A stretch of 34,657 nt of DNA, taken from an uncultured Thiotrichales bacterium. GTDB taxonomy: Bacteria; Pseudomonadota; Gammaproteobacteria; UBA4575. Numbering within the stretch: the stretch's first letter is position 1; every line of letters starts with the position of its first letter. Below the pieces are notes generated by a model, which did no database searches, was not told where the DNA came from, and saw nothing but the letters and a program-made list of their open reading frames with translations. The stretch is from assembly GCA_964629035.1 (NCBI GenBank), contig CAZVPJ010000001.1:1-34657 (forward strand), read 5' to 3'. A program made the position numbers and the translations under genes. This document shows positions 8,704-17,683 of this stretch, piece by piece.

Positions 8704-10734
8704 TTAGTTATTACTAGCTGCAATACATTTTCGTATACCTTCATCCACACCAACAACTGGTTGCCAACCTAATAACTTTTCAGCACGATCGCTTTCAAAC
8801 TTCAATCGCGGCAGAGCAGAATTCAAGCGATAACGAGCAAATGGAGACTGCCTTCCAATCAAGCCCAAAATCTTTTCAGATGTCCAACCAATTCCAAATA
8901 CAACTTTGCGTGGCAGGTAAAGAACCTTGCCTTGCTCACCAGATGCTTTAATAACGTCTCGTTGAGTCCAGTTTGATGGGTCTACTAACTGAATTATAGT
9001 TCCTGTCTCTAGATCCTTATCTAGTGAGAGATTAACAGCATGCACTACATCATCTATATAGATCATCGGCAAAACAAGTTTTCCATCACCTAATACTATT
9101 GAAAGCTTAGATGCCCTTCGGCGCACTGCACCGGTTAACAATGGCAAACGCCCACCAAATATTTGCCCTGGTCTTAGAATAATTGAATCAACATAACCTT
9201 GCTTACTTGCCTCAATCACTAACTTTTCCGCTTCTAATTTGCTCTTGGTGTACGAACCCCTTTCATCCGCTCTTGGCTCTAATGGAGTATCCTCATTCAT
9301 TGGATTACCATGATCTGAACCCGCCCAATCAACAACTGACATAGAACTAATATGAACAAGCTTCTTAACGTTATGCTGTTTCATAGCAGCTAAAACATTT
9401 TGCGTACCAACAATTGTTCCACCTAAAAATGCATCCCAATCTCCTGACATTGTCGCCCCAACATGCACAACCGAACTAACTCCTTTTACCGCATCCGCAA
9501 CAACATCCGGATTACCTAAATCACCAATAATGTATTCTAGATTGTTATTATTATTCAGGTCTTTAGGAGGCCTTCTGCCTAATACACGAACTTGCTTGCC
9601 CGCTTTTAATAGCGAAGCTACGACCGCAGAACCAACACCACCAGTTCCCCCGGTAACCAGTATGGCATTTTGTTTGCTTAGCGGATTCAGGTCGTTCCAC
9701 GGTTTATAATCTTTATCTGCCTGACGTGCGAGTGACTCGGTCCAATGCACTACTGTTTTTGCTTGCTGAATAGAAACGGGTAGTGGCTCACTATGTTCTA
9801 TCGATTGATAAAATGCAGCAACTAAATTATGCAAGCCTTGATAAGGTTTACGTTTTTTCAATATGAAAGCTACAACATTTTTCGGAGTGTCATATAGCGG
9901 TCGAGCGGAATCACGTACAGTGTTAATCACACGCTCAATTGCTTTTGGAGCTGGAGTACTTCGTCTTAACGCAGTAAACATATGGAAAGAATCAACACGC
10001 AATACACCTTTTGTGCCTTGAATTAGCATCATGTTTTGCAATGGGTTGATATTCCAACTCAAATGCATTTGACCCATGCCTTTTTCACAATCTACAACTG
10101 CTCGCCATTCATCATAGGCAAGCATATGATCTCCACCTAAACTACGATATTTTCCTTCTACAGAATTTATGGTTCCAAGAAATTGCTGAATCATATACAG
10201 CGCATGTACACCAATATCACGAAACGGATATCCTGGCTCACGATAATGCGGCGGTAATTGCCCGCCGGCATAAGATGGATAAACTGATGAACGAATGATA
10301 TCGACAGATATCACATCTCCCACCGCACCATTTTTAACTAGCTCAATGGCCTTTAGTATTTCAGGATCATAGAGTAGAGAGTGATTAACAGTTGCGAGTT
10401 TGCCAGCTGCTTTTGCTGCTTTATCTATCGCCTCACATTCCTCTATACTGATACCCAATGGCTTTTCCACCAGAACGTGCAATCCTTGCTCTAAAACATC
10501 AATCGCAATCTTAGCGTGTGAATCGGGCGGTGTGAGAATATGTGCAGCCTCAACGCCGTCAGCGACCGCAGAAGCTACATCTTGATATTGCTTACCTCCA
10601 TACAGACTAATGGCGGTATCTACTTTCTCCTGATCTAGGTCAATAAAACCAGCAAGCTCTACATTCTCAATATTCTGCAATGCTTTTGCATGATGCTCGC
10701 TGATCCCGCCAGCACCTATTAATAATACGCGCAC
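8704..10734 (-). CDS. Two-domain oxidoreductase: N-terminal Gfo/Idh/MocA sugar dehydrogenase fused to a C-terminal extended-SDR NAD-dependent epimerase/dehydratase
   Basis: GTG start at 10734 is preceded by AGGAGAG. The N-terminus MRVLLIGAGGISEHHAKAL...VLVEKPL is the Gfo/Idh/MocA Rossmann plus EKP motif. The second Rossmann, ILVTGGTGGVGSAVVASLL, begins near residue 358, and YTKSK is the SDR Y-x3-K catalytic motif. Confidence 0.75.
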   Translation of the reverse strand: MRVLLIGAGGISEHHAKALQNIENVELAGFIDLDQEKVDTAISLYGGKQYQDVASAVADGVEAAHILTPPDSHAKIAIDVLEQGLHVLVEKPLGISIEECEAIDKAAKAAGKLATVNHSLLYDPEILKAIELVKNGAVGDVISVDIIRSSVYPSYAGGQLPPHYREPGYPFRDIGVHALYMIQQFLGTINSVEGKYRSLGGDHMLAYDEWRAVVDCEKGMGQMHLSWNINPLQNMMLIQGTKGVLRVDSFHMFTALRRSTPAPKAIERVINTVRDSARPLYDTPKNVVAFILKKRKPYQGLHNLVAAFYQSIEHSEPLPVSIQQAKTVVHWTESLARQADKDYKPWNDLNPLSKQNAILVTGGTGGVGSAVVASLLKAGKQVRVLGRRPPKDLNNNNNLEYIIGDLGNPDVVADAVKGVSSVVHVGATMSGDWDAFLGGTIVGTQNVLAAMKQHNVKKLVHISSMSVVDWAGSDHGNPMNEDTPLEPRADERGSYTKSKLEAEKLVIEASKQGYVDSIILRPGQIFGGRLPLLTGAVRRRASKLSIVLGDGKLVLPMIYIDDVVHAVNLSLDKDLETGTIIQLVDPSNWTQRDVIKASGEQGKVLYLPRKVVFGIGWTSEKILGLIGRQSPFARYRLNSALPRLKFESDRAEKLLGWQPVVGVDEGIRKCIAASNN

Positions 10735-10806
10735 TATTACTCTCTCCTAAAATTATTGGAGAAATGTAACCTAATATGCGTTTAATTTCTGGTAATTTTG
10801 CTCAAA

Positions 10807-11994
10807 TTAACAATTTTGAGCGACAACCTGATCTAACTGCTCAGCATTCTCATCCCAGCTGATAATCATATCGTGTTTATGGTCGAATTCAGGGGCTTTT
10901 TTTAGCTCTAAACCAAGTTTTAACTTGTTAACAAAATCATCGATATTTTCCAAATCAAAAAGATAACCGTTTACCCCTTCAAGAATAATTTCTCTATTTG
11001 CTGGGATATCTGAAGCAACAACAGGCGTACCACAAGACAGTGACTCCAATACAACATTTGGCATCCCTTCATTAAAACTCGGCAAAACCATCAAATCAGC
11101 ATAATTCATCCAAAATGGAATGTTTTCGTGATGGATCCTTCCATGCAAATGGATAAATTCACTTATGTCATTACTGCTTATATAAGATTGTATAGAGTCT
11201 CTCATAATACCTGAGCCCACTATATGCAAACCAATAGATTCAGTAGATTTATCATGTAACTTATGAAATGCCTTCACGAGCATTAGTATGTTTTTTACAG
11301 GCTTTAAATTACCTATAAAAATTATATTTTTATCATGAGATTCTTGGAAATTGATTTTTTGCAGCGCATCCTTTTTATTTATTGGGTAAAATTTATCCTT
11401 ATATATACCATTAGGAATCACACCCACCTTATCTTTGCTTACACCAAATTCCTTCTGCATTAAATCTGATAACGCGTTACTGACACAGATAATTTTTTTA
11501 CATTTGTGCAAGGTTACAGATGTAAGTTTTTTTCTATACTGTTCTTTTACACTATGTATATCAGAGCCATGCACCTTAACGTAGACCGGCAGATTAAACT
11601 TTTTACCTAATTTAATTGCAGCATACCCATCAGGATAAGCCCATGTAGCAATTATTACATCTATGTTTTGATGGTTGATTATTTTCTTTGCACGACTAAA
11701 AATCGATAGATAATATATTAGGCCATTAAAGCGCCTTATATAAGGCAAGTTGAAAAATATTGGATGATATACATCTTTACCACCTTTGAATGACAAATTA
11801 TCAATGCTATTTTTTCTAGGCTTAAATAAAGTAACCCAGAATACCCCCCACTTCCTTAGGGCGCTCCATGAAATGGGGACAATTGTATATATGGAATTAG
11901 TTTTAGAAAATGCATTGAATTGTTGATAATTAAATACACCCCAATTTGGATCAAATTTATTTGGGTACAGGTTTGTTATCAGCAAAACTCTCAT
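10807..11994 (-). CDS. GT4-family (GT-B) glycosyltransferase
   Basis: The E-x7-E region reads NEGMPNVVLESLSCGTPVVASD. The track ORF starts at TTG 12003, but ATG at 11994-11992 gives the typical MRVLLITNLYP start, so I prefer that. Confidence 0.85.
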   Translation of the reverse strand: MRVLLITNLYPNKFDPNWGVFNYQQFNAFSKTNSIYTIVPISWSALRKWGVFWVTLFKPRKNSIDNLSFKGGKDVYHPIFFNLPYIRRFNGLIYYLSIFSRAKKIINHQNIDVIIATWAYPDGYAAIKLGKKFNLPVYVKVHGSDIHSVKEQYRKKLTSVTLHKCKKIICVSNALSDLMQKEFGVSKDKVGVIPNGIYKDKFYPINKKDALQKINFQESHDKNIIFIGNLKPVKNILMLVKAFHKLHDKSTESIGLHIVGSGIMRDSIQSYISSNDISEFIHLHGRIHHENIPFWMNYADLMVLPSFNEGMPNVVLESLSCGTPVVASDIPANREIILEGVNGYLFDLENIDDFVNKLKLGLELKKAPEFDHKHDMIISWDENAEQLDQVVAQNC

Positions 11995-12066
11995 ATGTAA
12001 CAATGGCGTAGACTACAGATATTAAATTTGAACAAATATTCAGAAAATTACAATTAAGATTGTTTG

Positions 12067-13050
12067 CTAGAGAACATCAGTAATCCAAGAAGCTGTTTTT
12101 GGCTTTGAAACATGTAACTCATTATTCTTACCAAGCACCATCCAGGAATAAAATGCACATGTTTCCTGTGTCGACATATTCTTATATTTTGCATTCAGTC
12201 TTATTTCACCATTTTCTATATTTTTTATCGCTTTGTTGTCAATAGCATCAACCCATAGATGAATACTCCAATTAGCTTGTATAATCACTTTCGCGTGCTC
12301 AATTGTTCTCAGTCTATTATGGTAAGCAATGCCACCTTCCCTATAAATTCGCCATAGTGATTCTGATATAGTCAAGAAACTAACAGAGGAACCAGAAAGA
12401 TGGGAATAATGATCTCCAGGATTAAATCTATGAACTGCTATGGCGTTAGGTTTAGTAATCTCGAATAGATGTTTATGAATTTCACCTAATTTTTCTTGGT
12501 CAATATGCTCCAAAACATTTGAACTGATAACCAAATCAACCTTGTCTTCATTATCAAGACTTAGATTACAAATATCATAACTGTGAATGTAATTAATATT
12601 TAGTTTTTCAAGTGTTTCCTTTAAGCTATCATTCTTGTCGTATATATTCTTTAAATCAGATAACTTAACATCAAAATTACTATATCCAGAATCTATGCCA
12701 TTCTTCAAGTACTCACTATTGTCTAAAATACTTTTTATAGTCTGCCGAACGGTTTCATGTCTCAACCAAGGATTAATATCAATAGTTATTATATTTTTAG
12801 CACCATACAAATAAGCGATAATTGGCATAAATGGGAACCACCCAGTACCGATTTCAAGCACAATATTATCTTCTAAACTGCCCTTATTTTTAAAAGCTAG
12901 CGTATATAATTCAACAGCCCTAGTTAGCATTTCTTTTTCATCTAACTTCGACCCACCTAGAACAAGTTGCACCTTATGATGCAGATAGTGTCTAAATGGG
13001 AGAATACCAAGCAAAGATGCTAGAGCATATTTTATGTGCCACTTAATCAT
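12067..13050 (-). CDS. Class I SAM-dependent methyltransferase (candidate sugar O-methyltransferase)
   Basis: Motif I reads VLEIGTGWFPFMPIIAYLYGAKNIITIDINP, and the post-II/III region reads VDLVISSNVLEHI. ATG at 13050-13048. Confidence 0.7.
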   Translation of the reverse strand: MIKWHIKYALASLLGILPFRHYLHHKVQLVLGGSKLDEKEMLTRAVELYTLAFKNKGSLEDNIVLEIGTGWFPFMPIIAYLYGAKNIITIDINPWLRHETVRQTIKSILDNSEYLKNGIDSGYSNFDVKLSDLKNIYDKNDSLKETLEKLNINYIHSYDICNLSLDNEDKVDLVISSNVLEHIDQEKLGEIHKHLFEITKPNAIAVHRFNPGDHYSHLSGSSVSFLTISESLWRIYREGGIAYHNRLRTIEHAKVIIQANWSIHLWVDAIDNKAIKNIENGEIRLNAKYKNMSTQETCAFYSWMVLGKNNELHVSKPKTASWITDVL

Positions 13051-13453
13051 TAGTAATGTTTTTCTTGGCTATTAAATATAGATAGTTATACAAAATTAAA
13101 CATAGAGCCCATACAATATGACTACTATATAAATATTCATATTTATACAGCATTAACATGGAACATCAAGTAAATGCATTATTTCTATTTTTTTATGAAA
13201 CAAGTCACAATTTGAAAGTTTTGACCTTGGATATTCAATTTTATAAAGAAATAACCTCAATATATAGTTACTATATGAAAGGTACTGGTCAAGCCATATT
13301 ATGGCCTATAATTACAGGACTAAAACCTTAGTGATATAGTTTCATACAGCTTTACTTCAATGTAATTCGAGTTAATTTATAATATTAATCTAATTACAAT
13401 CTCAATAAGTAGACTGAGCTCTAAATTTACCTCATCCATGCGGAATTAATAGA
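13051..13453. promoter_or_regulatory. AT-rich divergent promoter region (methyltransferase operon on the minus strand, secreted-protein operon on the plus strand)
   Basis: 403 bp of non-coding sequence lies between divergent starts. It contains a 13-nt palindrome, gccata-t-tatggc, at 13293-13305 that could be an operator. Confidence 0.3.
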
Positions 13454-15163
13454 ATGAAAATTTTAAACATTGAATATTTCACATCAAGAAACATAATAAA
13501 TATTTCTTGCTTACTTTGCCTATATTTATTCTGTTCTACATATGCTTCTGCCTCGAATGTTAACGACCCATTGTTAAGCATCCCTAAGACAAATGAGATC
13601 AAAGTTACTCTACATCCAAACGAAAGGATTGATATAAATAAACAAGATTATCTTGCGATAAATATTCCATTCCCTCCTAATTTTCTATTATTAAAAGATA
13701 ATCTGAAAATTACCACAAGCGACGGAACAGAAGTTAAGTATTACCCAGAAGTTACCTCAAAATGGCATTTAGAAAAATATAATAACTCGATAAGATCGAT
13801 TAAATTATGGTTTAAAAATTCTGAACAACTATCTTTTCCAGCAACACTAAAAATAACCTTATCAGACAAACCTTCAGACATATTTGATAAAAAACCAACT
13901 GCCAATAAAGAATGGATAAGTTACAAAAAACGTGTAAATACCATTATTAAAGATAAAGAAATTAAACGAACCATTACATTAAATGAACCCGTATTATGGA
14001 GCGTTTTAGATGCAGAATGGCTTGGTATATGCTTGCTTCGAACAAGATCACTACCCTTAGCCTCAAATAATGATTTAAATTGGTTTGATCAATTATTTTT
14101 AAATTATTCAGAGACCGTTTCTTTAGCTTTAAATGATATAGAAGGAGAGCATGAATTTAAAATACAGACCAATTCGGCCTGGTTATTTGATTTAGCATCT
14201 ACATTATTCAATGCATATATTAAAACAGGTGAACTAAAATGGCTGAAAAATGCACATATAGCTACACAAATATATTCAAATTTTATTGACTCAAGTGGCG
14301 CTTGGGTCTCGTTCAAACCCAAGCGCGATATAAAAACTAGCTACAATCAATCTATGTTCATTGACCTGATGTTAACAGGTGACGAGAGTTACCATGATAA
14401 AATTGAAGCAGTCGCAAAATTTGTAAGCACGTGGAGACCTAAATATTCAAAAGAATATACATTTTGGACTGAAAGACACCTTACTTATTCATTCTTAGGC
14501 GCACTAGTCGCCTGGGAGGCAACAGGCAATGATAAACATTTAAAACGAGTAAAGTATGTCGCACATGCAATTCAAGATGAAATTATTAAGAATAGCTCAG
14601 AGGAAATGAACATTGGCTGCTTACCTCATGAAATAGATGATCATGAAGGCTGGGTTAAAGAACACTTAAGAGGGAAATTTGTGTGCAGCCCATGGATGAG
14701 CGCAGGATTAATGGATGTGCTAATGCGATACTACATTCAGTTTAACGAAACAGAAACAATCAAAACCATTTATCATTTAGCTGATTTCTTTAGCCGTCAC
14801 GGAACCTATATTGGCGACAAAGCAAAAACCACTGGCGAGATTCTTCCACATTACCTAGTATTTACTTCGGAATTAGATGCTGCAAAACCTGGAGGTGACC
14901 CTTGGGCTGATAGACAACACAATTGTGACGTCGCCGGTCTGATTTCTAAAGGCTTATGGGCAGGAAAAGTGCTTAATTTAGACACCAAACAAATAAAATC
15001 AACCACAAATGGATTGTTAAAAACTTGCAAGAAAACAATTCCGACAGAATATATAAATTCTAAAATTTATGGAGGAAAATATTGGCGCCTAAGGCCGCCA
15101 AGAAAATATAGCTGGTTATTTGGCACTACATCTGACATGAGTTATTTATATACTTTTAAATGA
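13454..15163 (+). CDS. Secreted protein of unknown function; weakly (alpha/alpha)-toroid-like, candidate EPS hydrolase/lyase
   Basis: Sec signal peptide MKILNIEYFTSRNIINISCLLCLYLFCSTYASA|SN. The C-terminal two thirds have helix-repeat segments (FWTERHLTYSFLGALVAWEATGNDKHLKRVKYVAHAI; CSPWMSAGLMDVLMRYY) reminiscent of glycosidase/lyase toroids. I do not recognise a specific family. Confidence 0.3.
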   Translation: MKILNIEYFTSRNIINISCLLCLYLFCSTYASASNVNDPLLSIPKTNEIKVTLHPNERIDINKQDYLAINIPFPPNFLLLKDNLKITTSDGTEVKYYPEVTSKWHLEKYNNSIRSIKLWFKNSEQLSFPATLKITLSDKPSDIFDKKPTANKEWISYKKRVNTIIKDKEIKRTITLNEPVLWSVLDAEWLGICLLRTRSLPLASNNDLNWFDQLFLNYSETVSLALNDIEGEHEFKIQTNSAWLFDLASTLFNAYIKTGELKWLKNAHIATQIYSNFIDSSGAWVSFKPKRDIKTSYNQSMFIDLMLTGDESYHDKIEAVAKFVSTWRPKYSKEYTFWTERHLTYSFLGALVAWEATGNDKHLKRVKYVAHAIQDEIIKNSSEEMNIGCLPHEIDDHEGWVKEHLRGKFVCSPWMSAGLMDVLMRYYIQFNETETIKTIYHLADFFSRHGTYIGDKAKTTGEILPHYLVFTSELDAAKPGGDPWADRQHNCDVAGLISKGLWAGKVLNLDTKQIKSTTNGLLKTCKKTIPTEYINSKIYGGKYWRLRPPRKYSWLFGTTSDMSYLYTFK

Positions 15164-15182
15164 TGAGTCTACTAAAGACTGC

Positions 15183-15215
15183 TATTGCAAAGAGTTAAGT
15201 ATACTTTTTGCAATA
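15183..15215 (+). terminator. 13-bp stem hairpin downstream of the 569-aa gene (possible terminator/attenuator)
   Basis: tattgcaaagagt (15183-15195) pairs with actttttgcaata (15203-15215), giving 13 pairs including one G-U, with loop taagtat. A T-run (15221-15225) follows only after a 5-nt gap, so this is a weak terminator call. Confidence 0.35.
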
Positions 15216-15227
15216 TATAATTTTTAC

Positions 15228-15267
15228 TTTTCGTTAAAAATACTCTTGCAAAATTCTTTAACGAAAA
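15228..15267. repeat. Perfect 11-bp inverted repeat with an 18-nt spacer
   Basis: ttttcgttaaa (15228-15238) is the exact reverse complement of tttaacgaaaa (15257-15267). The spacer contains another ctcttgcaaa copy of the TTGCAA motif found in the preceding hairpin. Confidence 0.5.
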
Positions 15268-15274
15268 ATTCTAT

Positions 15275-15289
15275 GCGATTTTAAATCGC
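15275..15289. repeat. 15-nt palindrome gcgattt-t-aaatcgc in the deacetylase upstream region
   Basis: Read directly from the sequence. Flanking ctat/atag extend it with one bulge (15271-15294). It lies about 140 nt upstream of the 15433 start codon. Confidence 0.45.
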
Positions 15290-15432
15290 TATAGCATCTT
15301 GTATACATACTAATCACTGAAATCTTACTCATTACCAATTATATTTTTTTCATATACATCCTTAAACAAAGAGAATGCCTCACTGAATACTATTATTAAG
15401 AAATATTTTTATGGAAACAATAAAAAAAGCCT

Positions 15433-16440
15433 ATGACTGTTAACAAAAAATATATTCTTAATAGTATTTTATCACAAACAGGTACCTCATCTTTCTGCAG
15501 GTATGTTGATAATTTATTACCAAGAAAACTCCTAATACTGGCTTATCATAGAGTCTTAGATTATGACGAAAGTTACTCTAATGGTGATATTGAATTAATA
15601 AGCGCAAGTAACAAAGATTTTGAAAAACAGATCACTTACCTAAAAAATTATTATTACCCAATAACATTTAAGGTTCTGAATAAACACTTAAAGGAATCAA
15701 TACCTTTTCCTAAAACTCCTGTAATCATTACTTTTGATGACGGTTTTCGCGATAATTATACAAATGCATATAGGATCCTGAAAAAACATAAAATACCAGC
15801 AACTTTTTTTATTTCAACCGATGCAATTAGTCAGAAAACCTTATTTTGGTTTGATTTAGTTGCTTTTTTAATTTTAAAACATACAAGTCCAACTATAACT
15901 ATTCATAATAATATAATTAATATCGGATCAGATATTGAATCGAAAAGAAAATGCATTAAATCATTTCTATCGTATTTGAAGAAAGAGGAAGACCATACTA
16001 GAAAAGATGCAATTAATGAACTTATAGCACAATCAAATGCTTACGATGAGTATTCTAAAGAAAGAAGATCAATGACCTGGGATGAAGTAAAAATCATGAA
16101 CAATAACGGAATGGAAATTGGTTCGCATTCTGTTTCTCACCCAAAGCTGACAAAATTAAGCAATAAAGAAGCCACTTACGAAATTAAACATTCTAAAGAA
16201 ACCATTGAAACTAAACTTGATTGTGGTTGTGATACTTACTCCTATCAGGTAGGAGGTGAGGACTCATATAATAACCATATTTTGGAACTAATCGAAAATT
16301 CTAATTATAAATTCGCATGCACCTACCAAAATGGAATAAATTATTTAAATAAACTATCTAATTTTAGATTAGATAGAATACATGTTGAACGTTACACAAA
16401 TTTTCACTCATTCAAAACCAATCTCATACTTTCATCCTAA
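15433..16440 (+). CDS. Polysaccharide deacetylase (CE4 / NodB-homology domain)
   Basis: Motifs present: LLILAYHRV, VIITFDDGFRDNYTNAYRILKKHKIPATFFIST (canonical NodB motif 1 plus following strand) and GSHSVSHPKLTKLS (H-S-x-x-H). No signal peptide is evident. Confidence 0.8.
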   Translation: MTVNKKYILNSILSQTGTSSFCRYVDNLLPRKLLILAYHRVLDYDESYSNGDIELISASNKDFEKQITYLKNYYYPITFKVLNKHLKESIPFPKTPVIITFDDGFRDNYTNAYRILKKHKIPATFFISTDAISQKTLFWFDLVAFLILKHTSPTITIHNNIINIGSDIESKRKCIKSFLSYLKKEEDHTRKDAINELIAQSNAYDEYSKERRSMTWDEVKIMNNNGMEIGSHSVSHPKLTKLSNKEATYEIKHSKETIETKLDCGCDTYSYQVGGEDSYNNHILELIENSNYKFACTYQNGINYLNKLSNFRLDRIHVERYTNFHSFKTNLILSS

Positions 16441-16462
16441 ATAGGAATACATTCCTATTTAG
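16437..16462. terminator. Hairpin between convergent genes (possible bidirectional terminator); no flanking U-tract
   Basis: ctaaataggaa (16437-16447) pairs perfectly with ttcctatttag (16452-16462), an 11-bp stem with loop taca. It overlaps the deacetylase TAA and sits 22 nt from the stop of the minus-strand operon. Confidence 0.4.
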
Positions 16463-16483
16463 CGAAAATAGTCTAAATTATTT

Positions 16484-17683
16484 TCATTCCTTGCTCCAAG
16501 CTGGTGGAGAAATAACATAATCTCTGTATTCATTAGGGTTTCCATCACAACCATTCTCAGCCGCTTTGATGATATTGTACATCTCCCTAGCTGACACATA
16601 ATGCAGTATGTAACTATCACCATCATTATACTGGTCCTCGAGATCAGTGAAGAAACTATCTAGAGGACCATCCAGGAGCACTTTCATACTATCTTCTTGT
16701 GCACCATGCGTATGAAGCTTTATAAATACCCAATCCTCTTTACCCTTAACATGTACATTACATTTTAGCCACTTCTTCATTCTAGCTATTACTGGCGGCT
16801 GCTCAAATCGAATATCTGAATTCTCTATTTTAGGCGCATATACAAATGGTATTCGCGTTTTATTCCAATTGAGCGTAAGCGGGCCCTGAATAATCATTAA
16901 ATCACCTGATTCTTGTCCACCAACACATACATCTACACCATCATTATGTGATTTTGGTCGCGCAGGATCATCAGTTGCATAATAAATGCTATTTATTTTT
17001 TTTGTTTGCGAGCTATCCGGCGCTGCTGGCAACGTAAAATCAGCATAGCAGTGTAGATTTTTTAATAGTGTTATCTCGTTATTTAAGCCACAGTATTTTC
17101 TATCACTTCTTGAGTTATCCAAGCACCAATTTCCATGTATAAATGCCCAACTTAATTCGTTAGTTTCCTTACTTCTAGGTACAGCGCTATGCACATCATC
17201 AAGCTTTAAAATAAAATTATTTAATGTTTTATTAAAATTCTCTTCGGTGTCATCATCATGATGCAAATGCACTTCAACTTCACCATAACCTTTTTCACAA
17301 AGCTTGCAAATTTTATCCATATGCTCGAATTCATACTCTTCTTCCGGATAGAAAAATGTATGTTTAGGGTAACAACCATCAGAATCGACATGTCTTGATG
17401 CAATTTTTTCGTATTCTCGCTCCCATCGATTAACTCTGGTTAATTGCACCTCTTCACTTGGTTTACCCCACTTAGGTTCAAAGTGGTCCACAAAACAAAA
17501 CATAATATGTTTTGTTCCCAAACTTTTAGGTGAATGAAATAGATCAGCCAAATACGAAATAAACCAAATATCAATATTTCGTGACTTTAATAAAATATAA
17601 AATATAGTCGTTAATACTATAATTAACAAAACTACTGAATACATAAAATACATATAAATTACTCTCTTGCAGTTCGTTCCCAC
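16484..17683 (-). CDS. N-terminally membrane-anchored His/Asp-rich protein of unknown function (possibly a divergent metal-dependent polysaccharide deacetylase/hydrolase-like fold)
   Basis: One TM helix (YSVVLLIIVLTTIFYILL) is followed by IMFCFVDHFEPKWG, EVEVHLHHDDD, FIHGNWCLDN and IKLHTHG, which are clusters of potential metal ligands. The track start GTG 17683 overlaps the upstream GT2 by 25 nt. ATG at 17653 (389 aa) lies 5 nt after the GT2 stop, behind an AGAGAG purine tract, and is the more likely start. Confidence 0.3.
   Translation of the reverse strand: MGTNCKRVIYMYFMYSVVLLIIVLTTIFYILLKSRNIDIWFISYLADLFHSPKSLGTKHIMFCFVDHFEPKWGKPSEEVQLTRVNRWEREYEKIASRHVDSDGCYPKHTFFYPEEEYEFEHMDKICKLCEKGYGEVEVHLHHDDDTEENFNKTLNNFILKLDDVHSAVPRSKETNELSWAFIHGNWCLDNSRSDRKYCGLNNEITLLKNLHCYADFTLPAAPDSSQTKKINSIYYATDDPARPKSHNDGVDVCVGGQESGDLMIIQGPLTLNWNKTRIPFVYAPKIENSDIRFEQPPVIARMKKWLKCNVHVKGKEDWVFIKLHTHGAQEDSMKVLLDGPLDSFFTDLEDQYNDGDSYILHYVSAREMYNIIKAAENGCDGNPNEYRDYVISPPAWSKE

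Noticed and set aside
2146-10734. Reading the GT-C, GT2, formyltransferase, deacetylase and SDR genes as a complete Arn-like (aminoarabinose) lipid A modification pathway.
   Set aside because: The deacetylase has canonical NodB motifs rather than looking ArnD-like. The GT2 lacks the ArnC-type C-terminal TM pair. There is no ArnB aminotransferase or ArnE/F flippase, and the genes are split over four transcription units. I kept only the weaker GT-C observation.
13158-13331. A 57-codon plus-strand ORF (MEHQVNALFLFFYETSHNLKVL…ITGLKP) in the AT-rich spacer, just below the track's length cut-off.
   Set aside because: It has no Shine-Dalgarno, no signal or TM segment, no PEP-CTERM tail and no recognisable motif. 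An open frame of this length is only marginally unexpected in 400 bp read in six frames.
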